Origin: Octopus sinensis
Taxonomy: Eukaryota
Length of the DNA: 64,000 bases
Direction: 5' to 3'
Assembly: GCF_006345805.1 (NCBI RefSeq)
Contig: NC_043007.1
Location: 68,262,001 to 68,326,000, forward strand
Shown: positions 40,830 to 55,084 of the stretch, in pieces
How the letters are laid out: every line of letters begins with the position of its first letter
Numbering within the stretch: the stretch's first letter is position 1
The notes under the pieces: model-generated
What the model was told of the DNA's origin: nothing
Seen by the model: the letters and a program-made list of their open reading frames with translations, nothing else
The model's database searches: none
Program-made: the position numbers and the translations under genes

Positions 40830-42077
40830 TATATGTATGTTTGTATATATATATATTTGGTGGGTTCTTGTCTACAGCTGCTCCTTATCCATGTTCCTCT
40901 GTGACTGTCAGTTACAGATTAAAAAGACAACCTCATGGAAATATAGAAATGATAACGCTTTAGAGAGGAAGGACACCAACTATAAAGATCCGGGACTTGT
41001 AGCTTTACTCTTTGTCGAACCGCTAATCTACAGGAATGTGAATAAAAACAAGCTCGCAGCCAAAACTATGAAGTGAAATACACAAAGAGGCACACACACC
41101 CATATACATAAGCGTAAACTTGTATATGCCTAAGAATATAAATATGACGGGCTTCCACACTGCCCATTAGCAAAAGTTGCTTTAAATACATTGGGCGAAT
41201 CAATGCTATAGAGATGATACTTACCATAGTGCTGTGCTTTGGCTTTGAATACGAGAGCAGGTGGTTGCGAAGCGAACTTCTTAACCATATAAACAATTTC
41301 TGAAATCCTGTATTACGTATAAAAAATTAAAAAATAATCATTTTTGATATTTGAAAGAAAGACTTTTTAAAAATATAAATCCATTGCAAAAGATCGATTA
41401 ATCTATTAATAGCTGGTTTTGGAAATTCCATATGACTATTAATCGGTTATATATTTATATATTTCCGATTAATTTTAAGACCTAATTTTCATAGATTTTT
41501 CTAAGCAACCACGCAGAAAATATTTTATATACAATTTCGATATCTATTGGAATGGAAAATGAATGCCTAACACAAGAATGCTCAAATAGATCCTGGAATC
41601 TGAACTTACAAAAGGTCACTGCCGAGGATTATGCCCGCATTTAACATTAAATCTAATAACTAGGAAACGGTAACTGATGAGTGTATAAACAAAAGACAAG
41701 CATGCAAAAATGGGAATTGTCGTTGCAAGTTGCGTTTGTAATTAAGCTGAAAATAGAGAACCACGAAAACAGAGATTGTTCGACAGCTTCTAGGGCAAAG
41801 GTCATTTGTGAAGATTCAAAGCAGATATCGTGATCAACGACGCATGTCAAACATCGTAAAGTAGATTCATATTATCATAAATATCAGTTACATCAACAAA
41901 GAAGTTTGGAAACATGGCCGACAATGAGGAAACACCAAAATAGATGTTAGAAAGAGACAACTTTTAGAGTCATAAATTTGCAATGTGATGACCAATGGAA
42001 TGGCAGACATAGTTGGTGTTACATTAAATGTCATACGGTATTTAGTTCCTGCGTTTCATGATATTATATGAAACCCC

Positions 42078-42311
42078 AAGGCGGCGAGCCGGCAGAAACG
42101 TTAGCACGCCAGGCGAAATGCGTAGCTGTATTTCGTCTGCCGTTACGTTCTAAGTTCAAATTCCACCGAGGTCGACTTTGCCTTTCATCCTTTCGGGTCG
42201 ATAAATTAAGTACCAGTTACGCACTGGGGTCGATGCAATCGACTTAATCCGTTTGTCTGTCCTTGTTTGTCCCCTCTGTGTTTAGTCCCTTGTGGGTAGT
42301 AAAGAAATAGC
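42078..42311 (+). mobile_element. SINE family A, full length, with TSD, nested in an older family A copy
   Basis: Canonical head to GTAGTAAAGAAATAG tail. TSD TATTATATGAAA(C/T)CCC. Flanks continue as an older SINE (CCGAGGTCAAC..TTGATAA). Confidence 0.92.
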
Positions 42312-42457
42312 TATTATATGAAATCCCTCCGAGGTCAACGTTAATTTCCATATCTTTGCGGTTGATAATATAATGTGCCGTTAAAGAATTGGGCTCTGTG
42401 TAGGCAACTATACAGGCAATATTGTGCTCATGTTTGAAATTCATATGATAAAACTTG

Positions 42458-42504
<47 letters not shown>

Positions 42505-42780
42505 GAATTTAATATATGTCAGAAAGGTAGAAACGCTAGAGTGTCACATTATATCTTTCCCGTATAAAGGTGTGTCTCTCACTGTTCATTTGACTGCACA
42601 AATACCTAAGTGATGGGCGACATGTCGTTCATCCTTTAGGGGTCAGTTGAATACGTATTTCTATGGATATAATCAATTGCTAGTTGGGAACTCGGACGAA
42701 CCCGCAAATAAGAAAGGGGAATAGTCTGAAAAAACTTTGCAAAATGAACTGCCATTAAAGAAGTGACAATTTAAATTCCT

Positions 42781-42840
42781 GGACAGCTATGAACATGTTT
42801 CAAGCACAACGTACAGGTGTCATCAGCACCACACTTGTCC
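42781..42840 (-). ncRNA. Type I hammerhead-like motif
   Basis: rc GGACA-AGTGT-GGTG-CTGATGA-CAC..GTG-CTT-GAAAC-AT-GTT-CATA-GC-TGTCC. Palindromic AACATGTT at stem III; stem II is imperfect. Confidence 0.55.
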
Positions 42841-43150
42841 TACATTGACTCCAGTAAACGGAGTGCTTAGTCATATACTCAATATACGCAAAAGGGTAAA
42901 ACACACTCATAGCTATAACCAGCAAAAACTTCCTCTTTTTTTTTAATATTCACAAATATATTTGCGAGGAAATTCAGCAGAATTGGAAACAATAATTATT
43001 TTCATTAACATACACACATCCACTTTATATGCTGAGCATAACATTGCTTTTAGTTTTCATGTTCCCATTCTTATACGACAACCTAGTAAAAAGTTATCAA
43101 TCTGTCTCTTTGTCTGTCCGCACCTGCTTGAAAATTCACAAATATCCGGA

Positions 43151-43189
<39 letters not shown>

Positions 43190-43378
43190 TAAAGGGTAAG
43201 TTTATGAAAATAAACAAAAGACGAAGGCTGGAGGTTTACAAACAAACAGATGTATTAGTATAGCGCTCAGGAATAGAAAAAGTCTTTTATGTTTCGAGCC
43301 TACGCTCTTCTACAGAAAGATACACAGAAAAAAACAAGGAGAGAAAAAAATGTGTGTAGTAGCTAACGATCTATCATA
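43190..43378 (-). mobile_element. ~190 bp PLE pLTR-type element with minimal HHR-like motif
   Basis: rc TCTTT-CTGTAGA-AGAGC-GTAG-GCTC-GAAA-CATA-AAAGA at 43283-43320. Shares the CGCTCAGGAA block and layout with 26605-26800. Lies between TA arrays. Confidence 0.65.
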
Positions 43379-43613
43379 TATATATATATATATACATATA
43401 TATTTATATATCTGTGTGTGTATATGTATATATGTGTGTGTGTGTGTGCACGCGCGTGTGCGTGCGCATTTGTGTATGTGTATTTGCAATAGCTACTTCT
43501 GATAAGTGCGGGGTTACACAGTCGAACCGTTACCCAACATACCGTTGGGCCCCTAGTGTGAAACGGTTGGTAAGATCGACTGTAATGGATTTATAACACT
43601 GTACACTTCACTT

Positions 43614-43652
<39 letters not shown>

Positions 43653-43682
43653 ATATATATATATATATAATATATATATATA

Positions 43683-43809
<127 letters not shown>

Positions 43810-43822
43810 TATATATATATAT

Positions 43823-44540
43823 AGTGCATATTGCCAATCTGGTGATAAAATGCAGACGGCTAGCTGGATGGATTCTCCGAACTTTCAGAACAAGAGAGAA
43901 GGAGACACGGATGGTCCTATGGAAAACATTCGTCCTCAGCCGCATGGACTACTGCTCCCAACTGTGGTCACCACACAATATAAAGCTAACAGCAGAACTC
44001 GAAGCAATTCAGAGAAGCTACACAAAGAAAATCGTCTCAATGCAAAATATCAGCTACTGGGAAAGACTGAAGGTATTAAACCTCTTCTCCCTAGAGCAGA
44101 GGCGGTGATATACATCTGGAAAATCCTGGAGGGTCTTGTCCCAAACTTTGGCATTCAAAGTTACCCCAACCGCAGGACGGGGCGCCACTGCATGGTGCCA
44201 AGGATTCCAACATCACCATCAAAATACAGGTCCAGATACTGCAACAGCTTGGGTTTCAGAGGACCACAGCTCTTTAACATCCTCCCTAAATGCCTGAGAG
44301 ACTTACGTGGTGTGGATGTGGGTTTCTTTAAAACTAAACTGGATCTCTTCTTGTTGGGAGTCCCAGATGAACCTACCTCACGACAGGAGACGCGGATGCG
44401 GGCAGCAGCATCGAACTCCCTTGTTGATCAAGTGCCACGTATCAGAGGTGGATTCACAAATTAGTGTAGCTCATTCAGCGGTAGCGCCCCAGCATGGCCG
44501 CGGCCTTCGGGCTGAAACATTTTTAAGGATTTAAGGATTT
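43823..44540 (+). mobile_element. CR1-group LINE, 5'-truncated, with intact 3' end
   Basis: GWILRTFRTR..SRMDYCSQLWSPH..LEAIQRSYTKKI..SYWERLKVLNLFSLEQRR, frameshift, then VIYIWKILEGLVPNFG..GPQLFNILPKCLR..FKTKLDLFLLGVPDEP, stop at 44464. Tail CCCCAGCATGGCCGCGGCCTTCGGGCTGAAAC plus (TTTAAGGA)2. Confidence 0.93.
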
Positions 44541-44950
44541 ATATATATATATATAAGATATACACACATGAAGCAAGGCAGTGAAATTATTAATGTATCT
44601 AAATTATATATTTAACGAACGGCAGTGCATAAAGCCACAACTATAAATATTTTCCTATATGTTTATGTGAACTAAATACACAAGAATGGATGTGAAATAT
44701 GCCACATAAAGAAAACATGGAATATTTACCGTGTTGCCTTCTAGGATATCACGAAGTTTCAATGATTGTTGAACTCACAGACGGATGCTCGTTTAGTCAC
44801 GCTACTAATAACAGTTGTTGACAGCAGCATCACTGATTAAATATCGTGCTTACAACTAAAGACCAAAGGTAAATATTGCTTAATCCTTATTTTCATAGTG
44901 CGATATATTTGCGGTTCATTCTTCATTTTTGCTTGTTCGTATGTTTTCAT

Positions 44951-45002
<52 letters not shown>

Positions 45003-45173
45003 CATAATAAATATATATATATATGTATATATGTACATAAATACATAAACACACACACTATATATATATATATATACATATATTACATATATATATATAT
45101 CTACGTATATATATTTGTATATGTAAGTATACACATACATACGTGTATATTTGTGTAAATGTTTCTATATAAC

Positions 45174-45216
<43 letters not shown>

Positions 45217-45270
45217 CTATGCTCTATCATATATGTATACGTATAATTACATACATACACACGCATATAC

Positions 45271-45355
<85 letters not shown>

Positions 45356-45539
45356 TGTATGTATGCATGCATGTGTGTGTGTATGCATGTATTTACAAAG
45401 TTCAGTAGTAATTGCAACCTGTAATACATCTGTATACGTAACGGGAAACATTTCTAATAATACAAATAGCATCGAGAAGGACAAAGGTTTTGTCAGAATC
45501 CAGAAAATGGTAAATTATCGATTACTTGCCAATTCTTAC

Positions 45540-45790
45540 CTTTTGGGAAACTCGACAAACGAACACATAGGCCAAAATGGTCATCTGTGAGTTATCAGGT
45601 TATAGTTGTACAATAATATACTGGGTGTATTCATAAAACTCTTTACAGCTCTTCAAGTATTGTATATTCGATATATTTAACCATAGAATGGTATCTAAAT
45701 ATATTTTTTCGCACTTACCATTTAATTCAGTCAGAAATAAGTGAATAGTGATATGATGGATACATTGCAAAGGAAAAGGAAGATACAAAA
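45540..45790 (-). other. Two candidate small exons (45719-45790 and 45540-45584)
   Basis: TCTTTTATTTTTGCAG|72 bp|GTAAGT and CTCACAG|45 bp AAG|GTAAGA. Open in a shared phase-1 frame, but the peptide is not recognisable. Confidence 0.25.
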
Positions 45791-46059
45791 CTGCAAAAAT
45801 AAAAGATCCTACAGGAGTAGAAGACATTGCCTTACGCTATCTTAATAAGGCTTGTTACGTAGGATATATAGATATATATATATGTGTGTATGGTTGTGTA
45901 TTGGATATGTATATATGTGTGTATGATTGTGTATGTGTATCTATGCGTATGTCTGTCTGTATTCTGTATATATCATAAAAAATAGTAATATTTATTAATT
46001 ATTTTCTCTTTATCAGAGATCTTGTTGGACTTCCTGGAATCTTGCATGTGTAGCGGGCC

Positions 46060-47645
46060 TACTACCTGCAGCCTAATACCGTGATGACATTTTCGGACAA
46101 CTGCTTATGATGTGGTAGATATCTTCAGCGTGAACTCCACAAAGTCTACATCGATTGTCACATTTAACAACTTTTCCTGCATCTCTATCCCTTTTGTGCA
46201 TTAGGTACTTGGTTGATATTTCGTGTTCCTGGATTGCAAACGCATACCCTTCAAAGTGGGAGGTAATATTCTGGCTATTCGTCCATGATAAACTGATTTG
46301 ATGAACGATGTTACTATCATCATGGAGTTTTCTACTAACTCCATGCATAGTCTTCTGCTCATATAGGCTCATCCGTTCATCTGATGATACGTTGCAGTAG
46401 AGTCGTGCGAATGCTTTGGGCATGTATTCTAGGTTATCAAACAGTGTTGCTGAAGGAGCTGCCTTCCAAGTCTTATGATGTTATCAGCTTCATGTATACA
46501 AAGTTGGTCAAGGGATGCACTTTGACACTTGGTGGCTAAAAGATGTTGCCAAAGGGATATGATACGACATTCAAAGACATTTTGGATCGATGTTAAGCCT
46601 CTGTCACCTTTTACGTTTTAGGCAGAGGCGGTCTACATCACTGCTTATGTGGAAATTATGTGTGTTTGTTAGTATTTTTCGGGTTTTCACACCAATGACT
46701 CGGATCTCATTAAGTGTCCAATCAAATGTTGGTATGAGTACTGGCACTGCAAACACATTGTGGGCCACTGTTTTATTGAATGCAGAGAGTTTGATGTCCA
46801 AATTTACTTTATTCGGCTATGATATTCTTTAGTGGCACGTGTTTTGTTACAGGTGCCACTGTAAGATGTATTTCATCCACCCCTAGATACCTGTAGCATT
46901 CCTCGTCAGATACAAGAGAACAGTCAAATCATTGACAGAGATGCTACTAGTCTAGTTTATAGTTTTCCCCCTTTTCACAACCATATAGCAACTTTTATCC
47001 TGACAAACTCCAACCCTACATCCTTTCAGAATGTTGTAACTAGGTCAAGGCTCTTTTTCATCTCATGCATATTCTTATATTCGTTGCATAAAGTTATAAA
47101 TCATCCACAAAGAAACATTATGTAATTTTGCTATTTCTGTTTCCTTGTGAACCAGTGAGATACCCTTCAGACTTCCTTAACATGAATGACAAGGGGTTTA
47201 CAGAAAATATAAACAACATCACAGAGAGGCTGTCTCCTTGCAATATGCCTTTGCGAATCTGTATTCTATCGGTGATAATACAGTCACTCGTGTTTAATTT
47301 CAAGATGGTGGCCCACGATGAAGTCAGGTCAGCTATGGCTTTGGCTATTCTCACTGGAACTTTAGCAAGTTGAAGCGCTTCTAGCATCCATGAGTGGGGA
47401 ACAGATTCAAAGGCTTTCTTGTAATCTAGCCATATTGAAACTAGGTTCCTCCTATGCTCTCGCACCTCTGACATCATAGTTTCGTTGATTAGCAATTGCT
47501 CGGCACATCCCCAGACTCCCTTCTTCCCAGCTGCTTGTTCTGCAGTGATAATGTTATTGGTTTCACAATGGTGTTGGAGGAAGAGGTGTACACATGCTGT
47601 ATATCTCATGCATTAAGTTCTGGCATGCGATTCGCCGGTAGTTTT
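46060..47645 (-). mobile_element. R4/Dong-type non-LTR retrotransposon RT plus CCHC fragment
   Basis: EQAAGKKGVWGCAEQLLIN..WLDYKKAFESVPHSW..GILQGDSLS..FFVDD, SDVDRLCL, FAIQEHEI, CRLCGVHAEDIYHIISSC. Multiple frameshifts. Confidence 0.92.
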
Positions 47646-48443
47646 TTTGCAATGTATGTATGTATGTATTCATGTATTTATAAAAATGATCAGATAAAAG
47701 TTGTGAAGTGAGAAGATAGATGTTTATTTCATTGGACTTTTTTGAAACAAAAAAACTGCAGTGTGATATGCGTAGGAGAGCAAATCATCCCCAGTATACG
47801 AAAGTGTTGATTTTATTGATCTCATGTGGAACATATCTCAGAGTGGGCAACAGCCGATTTGAAATCACTTCGTACAGAGTTGAAAGTAACTAACGTAACG
47901 AACTTCCTGCATTTATACGGCATCTCTGACAACTCAGTTGTGTTAAAAATCACTCCATTGCCTTGAAAAAACAGAATATTTAATTCTGTTTCAAGACGTC
48001 TCCTCTGTTTATTAGTGGTTTGATTTAATATAGCTAAAAAAATATCGAAATCTACGTTGGGCGGATCTTCTGATAGTCCTCTCGTTGTTGCACAGTGACG
48101 AATAATGAGCGGTAATTACAGTGAAGCTATAATGGTTGTTTGGCGAAGGCACTTCTGTCTGCTGTAAAGTAACGAACGAAACCTGCATTTAACAAGCTCA
48201 ATTATTAGTCGTTATCGAAATGATTTTATAGTCAGGAGATCGGATCACATTTAATTGGATCATGATAATCTTGAAGATACAAATATAAAGCAAACTCACA
48301 TATATGTATTTGTGAACTAATGGATACGTGTATGTGTATGTTTGTGTATGTGAGCGCATGTGAATTCCCGAATGTGTTCATATATTATATGTATGGGCAT
48401 ATTTGTGTGTGCGTGTCTGTGTGTATACATATGTGTATGTATG

Positions 48444-48492
<49 letters not shown>

Positions 48493-49263
48493 GTACATGT
48501 ATAAAAGTGTATATACAGACGTATGTATGTTTATATATATATGTATATATATATTTATATATATATATATTTATATATACAGGTACATATGCATTTATAT
48601 ATATATATATATATATATATACAACTGATTATGTGTAATCAGTCGTAAAGATTATATGGAGCTTATGTAAGTAACACTTAATCAGTGTGTCTTGAAATGT
48701 AGCCTGATTTTAATAGTTGTAAGACAGGCAGTCGATTAAGCACCACTTGGACTTGTTAATGAAGTAAGTATGTCTTGTATGGCAAGTTAAAGAGAGGTTA
48801 TCATGATTACAATTGGCGAAACACGAACACCTCTTCCGTTGATCAGCCGATAGAGAGGAAACAAGCGACATTGTATATGACATCAAATAGAGATATTAAT
48901 AACCACACGTCATAAAATTGGTGTTATCATTTCTAGCTAAATGGTAGATAGCCGCAAGCGTCATGTTAATCTGATTGGGATTATCTAAGACGGCATTCAT
49001 GGAGATTATTTTGTGTCGTGGTTGGTTCCTTTTGATCTTTTTACTTTTCTGTCTTTTTCTTCTTGTAGTCGTTGTTTAACTTTCTTCTTTATTATCAGGA
49101 GCATGTAAACATGGAAATACACGAGACGCCAAATGTTAAATAGAATCGAATGGTCACTATATATGGACATACATGTCTGTCTGTATGTCTATCCATCTAT
49201 CCATATGTACATGTATGCACACACCATATATAATATGTTATATATATATATATACACACACAC

Positions 49264-49296
<33 letters not shown>

Positions 49297-49418
49297 TATC
49301 TTATATATATATATATATAATATATATATATATATGTATACATACATATACATACATATGGCCGCAGTCTAATTACCGGAGCAAGTAAAAGATAAAGATA
49401 AACACACAGACACAGCCA

Positions 49419-49452
<34 letters not shown>

Positions 49453-50365
49453 TGCACATAACAATACTTTGATGTGTAGATTTATTTCTATTAATCATTC
49501 ATTTTATAAAAGGATCTAATGTCGAATACCAGGTACCATAAAAGAAACTTATAGTCTTATGCATATATCTCTACGGAGTTGCCTACGTGAATCTTTTACA
49601 CTTGTCTGCACCGAGGTGTATACATATGTCTACTAAATAAATATCCTTGTTTGACAACAACGAAGAATAAAAACTATTTTGATCTCATGCATAACTTAAA
49701 GCGTCGTAATATTTGGCAAGTTATTTTATATAGAAAAGCTCGGTACTTGTACTTATGTCATTAGTAATATTGAGTGTGTTCATCTGGTTAATTTTGAACG
49801 GTTTCATGCAAATCGGAATTCATTTTCTAGTTGATGGAGAACTAGGTTAAATTTTGTGAACTCGTTTTTCGCCTCAGTCTTTCGGCTCCAAGCCCCAACG
49901 TACAGTAGAGGAAATGGTTAGCACCTCTCATTTGCAAAGTCTACTTCTTTTTCTGCTAGAAGAACACATTGTATAAGGTAAAATGTGTTTTATTCTTGGA
50001 GACGAAACAACAATAAAGATCTGGACAGAAAATAGAATAAATAGAAAATAAACAAATTTCAAAGAGGAAAAAGGACTTAATAATAAAACTGATAATGGTT
50101 TCAATTTTTGGAACTAGTCTAACAATTGTAGGGGGAGGTTTAGTCGATTACATCGAGACGAGTACTTGATTAGTACTTCAATAACAAGACTTGAAATGAG
50201 CAAAGTTTACTTTGTTGGGATTTGTGCAAAAGAAGGTAAGCAACCAGAAGAAATGCCGGTAAGCAACTTGAGTAACACCCTACACAATTCTGTTACATCA
50301 CCACCCCTTAAATAATAATAATATAATAATAATAATATAATAATAATAACTAATAATAATAATAA

Positions 50366-50408
<43 letters not shown>

Positions 50409-50467
50409 TGATAATAATAATAATAATATAATAATAATAATAATAATAAATAATAATATAATAATAA

Positions 50468-51016
50468 ATGCCCTGATGCAGTACCAGGCAGTGGCTTTCA
50501 TGATGCTTCTGATCTTAACTGATTGGAAGTGTCATCATGTACATTGTTTTGTCTTGGTATAAAAGATGGGCTACAGCAAATATTCTGCTCAATACCACAG
50601 ATTTGCTTGTCAGTTGTTTGACCTTAACCAGTTGAGCATGTCCCTTAGTGGCTGACGATATGTGCATCTCTGATCACGAGCAGAAGTAGTGGGGGAGCAT
50701 CATAGCCGTGTGTTGAGAGGGATTCTTTGGGGTTTTAATAATTCACCTCTGGAGACATGGGTGTTTCGTTCAACATCCTTAAACAACCCTTATTCAGGGA
50801 CCTTTCGAGTGGGATGGGTTACTCGACCTGAAGAAAATTATAAGTGGGCCCCACCTGCAAGGTCATGTGCTGTTTATCTTGATATGAGATCACCATGTCG
50901 CGCCCACATGGTTGTGATGCATGTGCCTTATCAGACGGGTAGTCATGATGGGTATACTGGGCTTCGTATATTTTACCCCAGTGTCACTTTGATGGCATGC
51001 ACTTCTCTCTCACTCA
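50468..51016. mobile_element. ~550 bp non-coding insertion within a (TAA)n array
   Basis: GC-richer unique block (ATGCCCTGATGCAG...CTCTCTCACTC) with sharp (TAA)n boundaries on both sides. Confidence 0.55.
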
Positions 51017-51070
51017 ATAATAATAATAATGATATAATAATAATAATAATAATAATAATTATTATTATTA

Positions 51071-52015
51071 TTGGAAGTAAGGTCAGGTCTGTGTAGGATG
51101 GAAGATTGCAAAGATAAAGCACTGTACACTTGAAAATGTATGAAACTTGAAAATGAATGAAACTTGAAAATGAATGAAAATGAAAATAGGTGGATAAAGA
51201 AAAGAATGCATGGTCAATTTCATAGAGATGTTGAAGATAAGACAGACGGAGAAAAAATGGCCAAAATTGACTAAAAGTGATTTAAAACCTGAAACGGTGG
51301 CTCTAATCTTTGCTGCCTAAGAGCATGCATTAAAATCCACTTACATCAAATACAAAATAGACAACACATTAGAAAGTGTTAATTGCAGAATTTGTGAAAC
51401 CATATGGTATATTACCAGTCAATGTACCCCACTAACCCAGAAAGAATATAAGAGACATCATGACAATATAGCAAGAATTGTCCATTGGATACCCTGCAAC
51501 AAGTATGCACTTGACAGCAAAAACTAGTAAAACATAAACCCGAAGGCATCATCAAAAATGATATTGCAAAGATCCTATGTGATTTTATGATTCAGTGGAC
51601 CATGAAACAGAGAATAGGAAACCACACGTAGTCTTAATTGAGAAAGAAAGCAAAATATGCTGGATCATAGATACATGATTCCCAGCTGACAACAACGTAT
51701 GCGATAAAGAAGTAAGAAAAGTAGATATATATGACAGGTTAGCTTGGAAGGTTAAGCAGTTGTGGTCGATGAAAGAGGTAGTAGTAGTACCAATATTTGT
51801 CGGAGCCCTGGGAACAGTGAACAAAAATCTGGAGAAGTACATGGAACAAATAGGAGCTGCAATAAAGGTGGAGCACTTGTAAAAGACAGCACTGGCTGGA
51901 ACCTCTCGAATACTCCGGATGGTGCTCGAAAATAAGGTGTGTTACCTTAGTTCAGTGATAGTGAACAGCTGTTACCGTAGTACATCTCCAGCGTTAGAAG
52001 TTGCGCAAAGACAAT
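51071..52015 (+). mobile_element. Dong-like LINE 3' fragment (CCHC plus REL endonuclease) in (TAA)n
   Basis: KRMHGQFHRDV, LKPETVALIFAA, NCRICE, HDNIARIVHW, RKPHVVLIEK..CWIID, KQLWSMKEVVVVPIFVGALG. (TAA)n on both sides. Confidence 0.9.
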
Positions 52016-52072
52016 AGGATAATAATAATAATAATAATAATAATAGTAATAATAATAATAATAATAATAATG

Positions 52073-52107
<35 letters not shown>

Positions 52108-52126
52108 TATTATTATTAATTAATTA

Positions 52127-52159
<33 letters not shown>

Positions 52160-52274
52160 TATTATTATTATTATTATTATCAATATTATTATTATTGCTG
52201 CTGCTACTACACATAAAAACAATAATATCAGTGACATCAGTGATGATAATAATGATAATAATGAAAGGATTAAA

Positions 52275-53410
52275 GATATATCGAGTGATTGTGTCACAAT
52301 GAAAACACTAGTAATTGCGCAACCTGATAATCACTACCTCATATGAGTGACAATGAAAAAACAAAATATTGTGAATAACGGTGGTAACGAAATTGAAGGC
52401 AATGATGGTGACAGTGTTACACCCGGTAGGCTTAGAGATTCCGGTTCGACTCCAGCCTGTCGATATCCAGAAAGGGAACACCACACACGGCGTAGATGGA
52501 ACAAGCAAATTAATGCTGTGGTGATGGAGTGTTACTACCTGAATAGCCCGGTTGATGAAAATGGTGCTCAAATTAGGGATTACCGACAAATTATGTATGA
52601 TAATTGGAGAGAAAGGGGATTGTTTCAACACACGGAACAGAGACTATGTGATCAAGCTAGAGCAATAAGGAAAAATTGTTGATTCACAGAAGTAGAGCTC
52701 ACAGCTATCAAAAGACGGATCATGGAAAATAGCAGCAGAGATAACAAGGAAAATACAGTTCTTACTAATAAGAGTAATCCCATAGCATAGGAGAGGAGCA
52801 GTGGTAGTTTACTTGATGAGAGACATATAGATGATCTAAAAGAAGACAATAAAACTAATGGTGAAATGATGGATGAACAAAAGGTAATCTACGACAGAAT
52901 AAAGGCAAGACTATAGGAGAACGATAGCGACATTATTTCTGTTGTAGCAGAAAACTTGAGTGGTGATATCAAGAAAAAGAAACATAATGGGAGTGACAAA
53001 AGAAAAGATCCATAGTGGAAAGGAAGAATCCAGGCAGGGTTAGACACACTCTCGAAGGAAATCTCTAGACTGATAAGAGAAAAGGGAGTTTAAAAGCGAA
53101 CAAAAATACAGGGCGCTGAAACGGACGTATGATATTGAAAGAAAGGGCTTGGAAATAGTAGCGGAGGAACTGAAACAGCGCCTCGTTACAAAGATGGTAA
53201 GATGCGACCAAAGGATGAAGTGCTACCACCAGAATAGGTTATTCAGAGTAGATCAGAAGAGATTCTATAAAGAAATAAATGGAGAGTGTGTAGATGAAAA
53301 GTTGATACCAGATAACGTTGAAAGTGAAATGTTTTGGAGTGACATCTGGAGCAAAGACAAAGAGCACAAGAAGGATGCTGAATGGTTGCAAGAACTGAAA
53401 TAAACAGTAG

Positions 53411-53415
<5 letters not shown>
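52275..53415 (+). mobile_element. Dong-like LINE 5' fragment (N-terminal ORF region)
   Basis: RRRWNKQINAVVMECYYL..TEQRLCDQARAIRKN, EELKQRL, QNRLFRVDQKRFYKEI, FWSDIWS..AEWL. Begins right after a (TAA)n tract. Confidence 0.85.
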
Positions 53416-53449
<34 letters not shown>

Positions 53450-54606
53450 GTATATATGTATGCTTATATAAATGTGTATATGTATAGTTCCGTGTATATA
53501 TATGTATTTACATATGTACCTGTGTTTGCTCTCCTTCTTTGAAAATAAGGATTCGGTTGTTCGATCAACTAAATCATCTACTCCTGTATTAAAGTCTTAT
53601 GCACTGCGCTTTCCAAAGGCACGTGACACACGTAATTTTCAGGCAGAGTCAGCGTGTCACAGTATGGGGCAACACAGTCTTTTCCGAATTACATGTATAT
53701 TCTATACGGTGGGATTGTGTACAGCATCAGTCATCTGGATTCAAGGCTAGAGAAAAGGATATTTATCCAAGGCTAGAGAAAATGATATTGGACCAAGCTG
53801 TCATACAGTGGGATTGAACGTCGAACCGCATGGATTTTAGCGAACTTCTTAACCATTCTGGTTTATTGCAACTTCTCCGCTATCTAACTCAAGCTTATTT
53901 TAAGAGTCGAGCAATACACCCTATAAACACACATAGAGAGAGAGGGAGAGAGAGGAATTGAAACAAAGAGAGAGGGACAGAGGGAAATAGAGGGGAATAG
54001 TGTGGGAGAGACTGTTGCTAGAAGGGGGAGAGTGGGGTGAGAAGCAAAAGGCGTGGTGAGGGAGAGTTTGCATGACACATGATATACTCTACTTGGCTCA
54101 ATGCATCAACTATAATTTTTGTGTAAAGAAAGAATAACACATCGGCTGTATTGGCGGAGGGAAAGCAATAATTGTATTTAATTATTAGAAATAAATAGAG
54201 AAAAATCGAGAGACTGATGCAGGTTGCAATATATATTGCAAAAGCCCTGTTGAAATGTAATTCATTTATGCCCAATGTATTTGTGTATATGAACAAAGCT
54301 CCGATTGCAACCAATCTATGTGTACTGGACGCCAAATACAAAGTATATATCTATATATATATTATATATATATATATTATATATATATATGCACTGAATA
54401 TTCATTAGTATGTATAAATAATATCTTTCAGGCAGATGGCACGTGTTTGCTCGCGCCCGTGTGTAAGTACATATATATACACCTATATGTATGTATATAT
54501 AATATACATATATATAATATATATATATATATAGATATATATTATATATATATAGATATATGTATATGTAGTGGTATACTATATGGATGCTATATGTATA
54601 TATATA

Positions 54607-54655
<49 letters not shown>

Positions 54656-54895
54656 TACACACAGATCTGCATATATATTCGTATACATGTACACTTCATA
54701 CGTTTACGTATAGAGTTATTGTGGCAGGGTAGAGATGGGTTAGATTTATTGATTTTGTTAGCTCTACACTCTTATAATCATTGACAAGCGTATCAATCGA
54801 TTTAAATTGTGACATGGCTAATGAAATTATACATTCCATACAAAAATAAACATATACAAACGTATATATATATATATAATCTATAAATATATAGA

Positions 54896-54932
<37 letters not shown>

Positions 54933-54961
54933 GTAAATATATATATACGTATGTATATATG

Positions 54962-55012
<51 letters not shown>

Positions 55013-55044
55013 ATATATATACGTATGATATATGTATATATATA

Positions 55045-55084
<40 letters not shown>

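Noticed and set aside
51127-51186. Three tandem ~17 bp units ACTTGAAAATG(T/A)ATGAA
   Set aside because: Local slippage duplication inside a dead LINE; no sign of function.
52440-52455. Perfect B-box-like GGTTCGACTCC
   Set aside because: Lies within the Dong-like coding frame with no tRNA structure; likely coincidental.
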